Assembly (NCBI GenBank): GCA_016938835.1
Contig: JAFGTW010000019.1
Coordinates: 1-62,811, forward strand
DNA length: 62,811 bases
Reading direction: 5' to 3'
Source of the DNA: Patescibacteria group bacterium
GTDB taxonomy: Bacteria > Patescibacteriota > Patescibacteriia > Patescibacteriales > UBA12465
Shown one piece after another: positions 56,144-62,811 of the stretch. Under the pieces are notes generated by a model that was given only the letters and a program-made list of their open reading frames with translations, had not been told where the DNA came from and did no database searches. Within the stretch, counting starts at the first letter, position 1; each line of letters starts with the position of its first letter. The translations under genes were made by a program, and so were the position numbers.

Positions 56144-58795
56144 ATGTTAAATTACTACAATTTAAAAGTTGAAGAATGCTTGAATGTGCTAAAAACTTCA
56201 GATAAAGGCTTAGGTAAAGCTAGTATTAGCAAACGTCAATCAAGACATGGAGCAAATCAACTAAATTTAGAAAAGCAAGAAGGGTCTTTTACTATATTAT
56301 GGCGTCAATTTAGTAGTCCATTAATGATTATTTTATTGATAGCGGGAGTGGCCTCTTTTTTAACTGGCAGCAATATTGATGCTGGAGTCATTTTAGGTGC
56401 AGTTTTTTTAAATATTGCTATTGGTTTTTTTCAAGAAAAAAAGGCGGATAATGCTTTACGTAAATTAAAAGAAGTGATTAAACCATTAGCCTTGGTTTTG
56501 CGTTCAGGTCGTAAAGTTACTATTGATAGTCGCGAAATTGTTCCGGGTGATATAATGATTTTAAGAGCTGGAAGTTATGTGCCGGCAGATGGTCGTCTTA
56601 TTCGTTCATATGAATTAGAATTAAATGAAGCTAATTTAACCGGAGAGTCTTCTTCGGTAGCTAAAACCGTTGATGTTCTAGATTTAGACACCGCATTAGC
56701 CGATAGAGTAAATATGGTTTATGCTGGTTCAGCTATTGTAGGTGGAAGTGGCTTAGCTGTAGTTACAGCTACTGGACATCAAACAGAACTAGGTAAGATT
56801 TCTTTATTGGTAGCTGATGCTAATGTGTCACAAACTCCTTTACAAAAGAGATTGGGTGTATTATCTAAATTTTTAGCAATTATGATGGTGAGCGTGGCTA
56901 CTTTAGTTGTACTGATTGGCTTATTGCAGGGACGGTCATTTTGGGAAATGTTCATCGTTGGTATTTCTTTGGCAGTGGCAGCTATTCCTGAAGGTTTGGG
57001 AGTGGCAGTAACAGTGGTCTTAGTTACGGGTATGCAGCAGATTCTAAAACGCAAAGCTTTAGTTAGAAAATTATTAGCTGCTGAAACTTTAGGCACAACG
57101 ACAGTTATTTGCTCAGATAAAACGGGAACCTTAACCAAAGGTGAAATGCGAGCTAAATCAATTTGGGTTGATGGTTCTTGGCGGGAATTAAAAGATATTG
57201 ATGTTAATCAAGCTTGGTCGCACAAAGCTTTAAAATCTCTATTTTTAAGTAGTGTTTTATGTAATAAGGCTAGTATTGAAAATCCAGAAGAAGATCAGAG
57301 TAAATGGAAGGCTTTAGGTTCATCAACAGAAACTGCTTTATTATTAGCCGGTATGTCTGTTAATTTTAATCCAGAAAAATTAAAACTGGATTATCATAAG
57401 TTAGCAGAAAAATCTTTTAATAGCCGTGATAAATTCATGGCCTCGCTTTACACACATGAGGAAAAATTTATTGTTTTTGAAAAAGGCGCTCCAGAAGTTG
57501 TTTTGGCCAAGTGCTCTTATATTAATAATGGCAATGGCGCTAAGGAATGGAGCGCAGAAGATAAAAAAATAGTTTTAGCTGAGGCGGAACATTTTACCAA
57601 AGAGGGCTTACGTTTAATTGCGGTGGCCTTACGAGAGGATATTAAACATCTAGATAATTCAGACAAGCCCGATTGGCAAACTTTAGATAGTGATTTATGC
57701 TTTGTCGGTTTTATAGCTCTAAGTGACCCTCTCCGAATAGATGCTAAGGAAACAGTTAGTCTTTGTCGAGCGGCTGGTTTAAGTGTTTTATTAATCACTG
57801 GAGATCACCCTTTAACTGCTCTTAGTATTGCTGCGGAAGCTGGTTTAGAGAATAATCATCAAGTTATTACTGGACCTGAATTAAACAATATATCAGATGA
57901 GGAATTACGTAATACTGTAACCAAATATAATATATATGCGCGCGTTAGTCCTGAGCATAAACTAAGAATAGTAGCCGCGTTACAGGCTAATGGTGAGGTG
58001 GTAGCGATGACAGGCGATGGTTTAAATGATTCACCCGCTCTTAAAACAGCTGATATTGGGGTCTGCCTTGGTTCTGGTACAGAAATTGCCAAAGAAACCG
58101 CCGACTTAGTTTTGTTAAAAAATAATTTAAGAGTGATTGTTGATGCCATTGCTCAGGGAAGAATTATTTTTTCTAATATTCGTCGTATCGTTATTTATCT
58201 TCTGTCTGATTGTTTTTCAGAAGTAATCTTAATAGCTGGTTCGGTAATTTTGGGCATGCCGCTGGCCTTACTACCTGCTCAAATTCTTTGGATTAATATT
58301 ATCAATGATGGGCTGCCTGGTTTTGTGCCTGCTTTTGAAAAAGCGCGAGATAAAAAAATTAGCTCTAAACCGATTGATCGAAAAGAGCCAATTTTAGATC
58401 GTCAGGCTAAAGCTATTATTTATGGTTTAGGAATTGTACGTGATTTAATTTTGTTGGGTCTCTTTATTTGGTTTTATCGTCAAGGTGAAGATATTATTTA
58501 TTTACGTACTTTATTTTTTGCCATTTTTGGTCTGAAGTCTCTACTTTCTTTATTTGCTCTACGTAGCTTAAAAGAAGTTTTTTGGAAGATTCCTTTAAAG
58601 AATAATCCATATTTAATTATGTCTTTTTTGGCAAGTCTGCTATTATTGGTATTAGCAATTTATTGGTCACCTTTACAAGTTTTGTTGCAGACTATTGAAC
58701 TTAGTGTGCATGCTTGGTTAATCGCTATTGGTATTGCTGTTGTCAATTTATTTTTAATTGAGGCGGTAAAAAAGATTTTTGCTCCTAGTAAGTAG
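56144..58795 (+). CDS. P-type cation-transporting ATPase (Ca2+/Mg2+ type II-like)
   Basis: TGES, CSDKTGTLT phosphorylation site, TGDHPLTA, MTGDGLNDSPALK, 10 TM segments. ATG at 56144. Confidence 0.93.
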   Translation: MLNYYNLKVEECLNVLKTSDKGLGKASISKRQSRHGANQLNLEKQEGSFTILWRQFSSPLMIILLIAGVASFLTGSNIDAGVILGAVFLNIAIGFFQEKKADNALRKLKEVIKPLALVLRSGRKVTIDSREIVPGDIMILRAGSYVPADGRLIRSYELELNEANLTGESSSVAKTVDVLDLDTALADRVNMVYAGSAIVGGSGLAVVTATGHQTELGKISLLVADANVSQTPLQKRLGVLSKFLAIMMVSVATLVVLIGLLQGRSFWEMFIVGISLAVAAIPEGLGVAVTVVLVTGMQQILKRKALVRKLLAAETLGTTTVICSDKTGTLTKGEMRAKSIWVDGSWRELKDIDVNQAWSHKALKSLFLSSVLCNKASIENPEEDQSKWKALGSSTETALLLAGMSVNFNPEKLKLDYHKLAEKSFNSRDKFMASLYTHEEKFIVFEKGAPEVVLAKCSYINNGNGAKEWSAEDKKIVLAEAEHFTKEGLRLIAVALREDIKHLDNSDKPDWQTLDSDLCFVGFIALSDPLRIDAKETVSLCRAAGLSVLLITGDHPLTALSIAAEAGLENNHQVITGPELNNISDEELRNTVTKYNIYARVSPEHKLRIVAALQANGEVVAMTGDGLNDSPALKTADIGVCLGSGTEIAKETADLVLLKNNLRVIVDAIAQGRIIFSNIRRIVIYLLSDCFSEVILIAGSVILGMPLALLPAQILWINIINDGLPGFVPAFEKARDKKISSKPIDRKEPILDRQAKAIIYGLGIVRDLILLGLFIWFYRQGEDIIYLRTLFFAIFGLKSLLSLFALRSLKEVFWKIPLKNNPYLIMSFLASLLLLVLAIYWSPLQVLLQTIELSVHAWLIAIGIAVVNLFLIEAVKKIFAPSK

Positions 58796-58796
58796 T

Positions 58797-59219
58797 ATGA
58801 CTAAGATAAAAAATATTTCTAATTATAGGCAATCAAGACGGTCATCAAGAAATTTTTTGAACCGTTATTTTGCTGGTCCTAAGGTGTTTGCTATTATCGC
58901 CTTAGTTTTTTTATTATTAATTCTCATACCTTTAGCTAAAGACTATAGCCGTAAACGTATTATTGAGGAAGAGATTATCGATATTCAAAATGAGATTTCT
59001 GATTTTGAAAGTAAAAATAAAGACTTGAAAGAAATGATTGATTATTTTCAATCAGATGCTTCTTTGGAGGAGCAGGCACGTCTAAATTTAGGCTTAAAAA
59101 TGCCCGGAGAAACAGTAATAGTTATTACTGATGAAGATAGCGATCATTTGTCTAGTGATCCAGTTGTAAAAATAAATTTGTCTAACTGGCGCAAATGGCT
59201 TAAATATTTTATCAACTAA
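58797..59219 (+). CDS. Septum formation initiator (FtsB/DivIC-like)
   Basis: Single TM, a leucine-zipper-like coiled coil, and LEEQARLNLGLKMPGETVIVI matching the DivIC/FtsB C-terminal motif. Confidence 0.75.
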   Translation: MTKIKNISNYRQSRRSSRNFLNRYFAGPKVFAIIALVFLLLILIPLAKDYSRKRIIEEEIIDIQNEISDFESKNKDLKEMIDYFQSDASLEEQARLNLGLKMPGETVIVITDEDSDHLSSDPVVKINLSNWRKWLKYFIN

Positions 59220-59261
59220 ACAATAAAAAAACCGATAAAGCTGATTTAATTATTTAATATG

Positions 59262-59334
59262 AGCCGAGAATGGGACTTGAACCCACAACCTACGGTTTAC
59301 GATACTGTTGCTCTACCAGTTGAGCTATCTCGGC
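59262..59334 (-). tRNA. tRNA-Thr (anticodon CGU)
   Basis: Hand-folded cloverleaf: GCCGAGA acceptor, GCTC/GAGC D-stem, anticodon loop ATCGTAA, GTGGG-TTCAAGT-CCCAT T-arm. One A-C mismatch in the anticodon stem. No encoded CCA. Confidence 0.85.
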
Positions 59335-59341
59335 AAATTTG

Positions 59342-59413
59342 AGCGGGTGAGCGGAATCGAACCGCCGTCTCAAGCTTGGGAAGCTTGCATAATAACCATT
59401 ATACTACACCCGC
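59342..59413 (-). tRNA. tRNA-Gly (anticodon CCC)
   Basis: GCGGGTG acceptor, CAAGC-TTCCCAA-GCTTG anticodon arm, GGCGG-TTCGATT-CCGCT T-arm, discriminator U. No encoded CCA. Confidence 0.88.
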
Positions 59414-59427
59414 TTGAGGTCTCCCTT

Positions 59428-59457
59428 ATTATAAACAGAAGGAGATGTCTAAGTCAA
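59428..59457 (-). promoter_or_regulatory. Sigma70-like promoter of the tRNA-Gly/tRNA-Thr pair
   Basis: The minus strand reads TTGACT, 18 nt, TATAAT, ending 14 nt before the tRNA-Gly 5' end. Confidence 0.5.
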
Positions 59458-59467
59458 TTAATTTAAT

Positions 59468-61042
59468 ATGATAAAAAAACAAATATTTATTCCTTTACTT
59501 TTTGCCGTCATTCTTATTTTTAATGTTTCCTTTACTCCAGTTGCTAGTGCGGAAATACTTTTAAGTCAGGATTTAACTACAGTTAGTGCTAACTTTATTC
59601 CTGATGGTAATAAATCACTTAATTTGGGTGATTTTTCATTGAGAGTAGATAAAGAAGCTCTTAAAGGCGTAAGTCTTGTAAAGCTAGACAAGCTTGGCAC
59701 AGGTTTTATCTGGCCTTGGAATTATCAGCCTCTAAGCGATGTATATCAATTTGATTTTGCTGATCATGGTAAAGCTTATAATAACGCCAAGCCAATTCAT
59801 TTAGAGATTGCTTATGATCAGGATAATAGTAATTATAAGCAGCTTTTTTTCTATGATGGTGGACATAAACTTTGGCGACCATTACCATCTGTAGATGATC
59901 CAATTCATCGCGTAGTACATGCTTATATCCACTTACCATATGCTCGAGTCGCTATTTTATCTACCGATGAATTAATGACCGTTGGTGATGCTAGTTGGTA
60001 TCGTTTTAAAGGTGGTTTGTATGCAGCCTCACCAGATTTTAAGGCAGGCACAATGTTAAAGGTAACAAATTTAGAAAACGGTAAGTCAATTGATGTTACG
60101 GTTAATGACTATGGACCTGATCGTAAGCTTCATCCCAATAGAGTAATTGATTTAGATGCGGTTGCTTTTGCTAAAATTGCCTCACTAGGGGATGGTTTAG
60201 CTAAAGTAAAAATTGAGCCCAAGAAATTAGTTTCAGTTGATGATGAAAATAAAATAAAAGCAGCTGGACAGCAACCGGAAATAAGTTCAAAATCAGCTAT
60301 TGTTATAAGGGAGAGTGATGGGCAGATTTTATTTAATAAAAATGCTAGTTCAACTGCGCCTTTAGCCAGTTTAACTAAACTTATTGCTGCTCAGGTTTTT
60401 CTTGATACTAAGCCTAGTTTAGATAAGATCGTTTCTTATTCTTATCAGGATGAAAAGTATAATTATGAATATTGCAAACCTTGGGAATCCTCCCGTTTAC
60501 GAGTTTCAGAAGGAGAAACAATGACAATTGGTGATTTGCTTTATTCAGCTTTAGTTGGATCAGCTAATAATGCAATAGAAAGTTTAGTGCGTGTCAGTGG
60601 TATTAGTCGCTCTGATTTTATTGATCGTATGAATATTCAAGCAAAAACTTGGGGTGCGGTCTCAACTCATTTTGTTGAACCCACTGGATTATCACCGGAT
60701 AATGTGAGTTCTCCGCTTGATTATGCTATAATGACAAAAGAGATTTTTAAAAATCCTTTATTGCAAAAAATTAGTACTACACCTCGTTATTCCTTTTCTA
60801 CTATAAGTAGTCAAATTAAACATACTTTAACTAATACCAATACCCTTTTATTTTCTAGTAAGTATAAAATTTCTGGCTCAAAGACCGGTTATTTAGATGA
60901 GGCTGGGTATTGTTTAATGACGAGAGTTGATACTCCGGCCGGTAAATTAATTGTAGTTAATTTTGGCGCTGGGAGTAAAAATAATAATTTTAAGGATAAC
61001 GAAATTCTTCTGAATTATTCACTTAAGCAAATAGGACAATAA
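59468..61042 (+). CDS. Secreted cell-wall enzyme: RlpA-like DPBB domain fused to an S11 D-alanyl-D-alanine carboxypeptidase
   Basis: Signal peptide. ASWYRFKGGLYAASPDF..VTVNDYGPD..VIDLD (RlpA/DPBB). Then SLTKL (SxxK), SAN (SxN-like) and KTGY (KTG). Confidence 0.85.
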   Translation: MIKKQIFIPLLFAVILIFNVSFTPVASAEILLSQDLTTVSANFIPDGNKSLNLGDFSLRVDKEALKGVSLVKLDKLGTGFIWPWNYQPLSDVYQFDFADHGKAYNNAKPIHLEIAYDQDNSNYKQLFFYDGGHKLWRPLPSVDDPIHRVVHAYIHLPYARVAILSTDELMTVGDASWYRFKGGLYAASPDFKAGTMLKVTNLENGKSIDVTVNDYGPDRKLHPNRVIDLDAVAFAKIASLGDGLAKVKIEPKKLVSVDDENKIKAAGQQPEISSKSAIVIRESDGQILFNKNASSTAPLASLTKLIAAQVFLDTKPSLDKIVSYSYQDEKYNYEYCKPWESSRLRVSEGETMTIGDLLYSALVGSANNAIESLVRVSGISRSDFIDRMNIQAKTWGAVSTHFVEPTGLSPDNVSSPLDYAIMTKEIFKNPLLQKISTTPRYSFSTISSQIKHTLTNTNTLLFSSKYKISGSKTGYLDEAGYCLMTRVDTPAGKLIVVNFGAGSKNNNFKDNEILLNYSLKQIGQ

Positions 61043-61047
61043 ATTGT

Positions 61048-61728
61048 ATGATTACTTTGCTTCATGTTTCAAAAAGCTATTCCAAAACTAATAAAGTATT
61101 ACGCGATGCTAATATTTATATTAAGGCTGGAGAATTTGTGTCTGTAGTCGGTCAGTCTGGAGCAGGTAAGACCACTTTAGTTAAACTTTTAATTGGCGAA
61201 GAACGTGCAGATGAGGGCCAGGTAGTGATTGGTGATTGGGATATTACTCGTTTGGGTAGATATGAAATTCCTTATTTAAGAAGACAAATAGGCGTTATAT
61301 TCCAAGACTTTAAACTACTACCAAAAAAAACATTAAAAGAAAATGTAGCCTTTGCTTTAGAGGTTTGTGGAGCCAATCGTGGTAAAATAAATAAAATTGT
61401 ACCAAGTGTTTTAAAAATTGTTGGATTAGAAGACAAGGCTAATCGTTATCCTCACGAAGTTTCTGGAGGAGAACAACAACGGGCAGCGATTGCTCGGGCT
61501 CTCGTACACCAGCCACGTGTGCTGTTAGCTGATGAGCCAACTGGTAATTTAGATGCTATTAATGCTGACGAAATTATTGATTTACTTTTACGGATTAATA
61601 AGTTTGGCACTACTATTATTTTAGTTACTCATAATAAAGAAATTGTTAATCGTTTAAATCGCCGTGTTATCACAATGGATAAAGGCAGGGTGGTGAGTGA
61701 TTTAGCTCATGGCAAATATTTGCTTTAA
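61048..61728 (+). CDS. ftsE: Cell division ATP-binding protein FtsE
   Basis: Walker [13 protein letters not shown] signature VSGGEQQR, Walker [12 protein letters not shown]. ftsX follows. Confidence 0.93.
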   Translation: MITLLHVSKSYSKTNKVLRDANIYIKAGEFVSVVGQSGAGKTTLVKLLIGEERADEGQVVIGDWDITRLGRYEIPYLRRQIGVIFQDFKLLPKKTLKENVAFALEVCGANRGKINKIVPSVLKIVGLEDKANRYPHEVSGGEQQRAAIARALVHQPRVLLADEPTGNLDAINADEIIDLLLRINKFGTTIILVTHNKEIVNRLNRRVITMDKGRVVSDLAHGKYLL

Positions 61729-61737
61729 TAATATTTT

Positions 61738-62646
61738 ATGCTTTCTTTTCTACGTATTATCAAATTTAGTTTGCAAGATATTGCCCGTAATATTTGGTTA
61801 TCAATTGTAACCGTCACTATTTTATTATTGGCTTTACTTTCAATTAATACGATGCTTATCGTTCAGGCAGTTAGTGACAATGCTGTTAATGCTGTTAAGG
61901 AAAAAATTGATATTAGTCTATATTTAAATGCTGACGCTTCGGACAATGATATTAGTACTTTGCGCAATCAATTAAATGGTATGCCAGAGGTTAAATCAAT
62001 AGTTTATACTTCTAAGCAGCAAGCCCTTGAATCTTTTCGTTCTAAATATCGTGATAATCCAGAAATATTACAAGCTTTGCGTGAATTGGGTAGCAATCCT
62101 TTATCGCCAAGCCTAGCAATAACGCCAAGTAATTTTGATGAAACTACAAATTTAATTAATACTTTAAGGCAACTTGATTCTGATATTATTGAATCACGTG
62201 ATTTTAGCGACAATACAGTTATAGTAAATAAGATCCAATCAATTACTAAAAGAGTTAGTGAGGTTGGAATGGGAATTATTATTATTTTTGTTCTTACTAG
62301 TCTATTGGTTGTGTATAATTCTATTCGTGTAGCTGTTTATACCCATAAAAAAGAAATTGAAATCATGCGCTTGGTTGGTGCCTCAAATTACTTTATTTAT
62401 ATGCCATTTTTGTTCTCAGCCTTTATTTATGCAGTTGTTAGTGTATTGATCATGATTATTATTTTTTATCCTTTTTTGACCTTGTTTCAACCATATTTAG
62501 AAGTATTTTTAGCAGGCTATAATGTTAATTTAGTTACTTATTTTGTTAATAATTTCTTAGTCATTTTCGGAGCACAATTTGCCGTTATCTTATTTATTAC
62601 TCTAGTCACCAGTTTCTTTGCGGCCCGTAAATATGCCCGGGGTTAA
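61738..62646 (+). CDS. ftsX: Cell division permease FtsX
   Basis: TM1, an external domain of about 110 aa, then three C-terminal TMs with the MRLVGASNYFI motif. Confidence 0.9.
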   Translation: MLSFLRIIKFSLQDIARNIWLSIVTVTILLLALLSINTMLIVQAVSDNAVNAVKEKIDISLYLNADASDNDISTLRNQLNGMPEVKSIVYTSKQQALESFRSKYRDNPEILQALRELGSNPLSPSLAITPSNFDETTNLINTLRQLDSDIIESRDFSDNTVIVNKIQSITKRVSEVGMGIIIIFVLTSLLVVYNSIRVAVYTHKKEIEIMRLVGASNYFIYMPFLFSAFIYAVVSVLIMIIIFYPFLTLFQPYLEVFLAGYNVNLVTYFVNNFLVIFGAQFAVILFITLVTSFFAARKYARG

Positions 62647-62698
62647 TTATATTTTTAAAAGACTTTTAAAGAAAAGGTTTTTTTATTTTGTTGCTTAG

Positions 62699-62727
62699 TT
62701 GACTTGAGATAGAAAGTTTATTAAGAT
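62699..62727 (+). promoter_or_regulatory. Sigma70-like promoter of tRNA-Gln
   Basis: TTGACT, 17 nt, TAAGAT, ending 12 nt before the tRNA 5' end. Confidence 0.5.
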
Positions 62728-62739
62728 TAAATTCATATT

Positions 62740-62810
62740 TCGGGGATCGTCTAATGGTAGGACAGCGGCCTTTGAAGCCGTCAATCATGGTTCGAATCCA
62801 TGTCCCCGAG
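62740..62810 (+). tRNA. tRNA-Gln (anticodon UUG)
   Basis: U1-A72 acceptor TCGGGGA/TCCCCGA, GCGGC-CTTTGAA-GCCGT anticodon arm, CATGG-TTCGAAT-CCATG T-arm, discriminator G. The window ends 1 nt later. Confidence 0.88.
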
Positions 62811-62811
62811 C

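Overview
This 62.8-kb window comes from an AT-rich, gene-dense bacterial genome that uses the standard code (TGA ends hisS at 21813-21815). The gene content, very short intergenic gaps and a divergent 16S rRNA fit a Candidate Phyla Radiation / Patescibacteria (Parcubacteria-like) organism; that placement is inference. The window starts inside the 5' third of a minus-strand 16S rRNA gene and ends in a tRNA-Gln. It holds about 50 CDS, mostly on the + strand. Housekeeping genes are ndk, gyrA, rmuC, radC, a UvrD-like helicase-nuclease, ruvB, queA, lepB, hisS, rpsU, rel, clpP, secD, secF, pilD, ftsA, ftsZ, nrdR-nrdD-nrdG, a P-type ATPase, an FtsB-like gene and ftsEX. Envelope and glycan genes include two Wzy_C/O-antigen-ligase-like proteins, two GT2 glycosyltransferases and an RlpA-DPBB/DD-carboxypeptidase fusion. 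There are three tRNAs: Thr-CGU and Gly-CCC on the minus strand, Gln-UUG on the plus strand. I found no CRISPR array, transposase, integrase or prophage signature. The two strongest leads are as follows. (1) A ~14-kb operon-like block (23.6-37.6 kb) encodes giant cysteine-rich surface proteins of 893, 1951 and 980 aa. Two of them carry a paralogous VirB2/TrbC-like pilin hairpin at the N-terminus. Two Ca-binding-repeat membrane proteins follow. I read this as a candidate cell-surface or host-attachment system. (2) The anaerobic ribonucleotide reductase appears naturally split. The glycyl-radical loop is encoded by a separate 47-codon ORF (50802-50945), below the ORF-track cutoff. That ORF is in the same frame as nrdD but separated from it by three stop codons. 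Other observations include compensated changes at universal 16S primer and probe sites, tandem NrdR boxes on the nrdR promoter, and a gene interrupted by a single in-frame TAG. There is also a soluble VirD4/TraD-like ATPase next to a DnaQ exonuclease.
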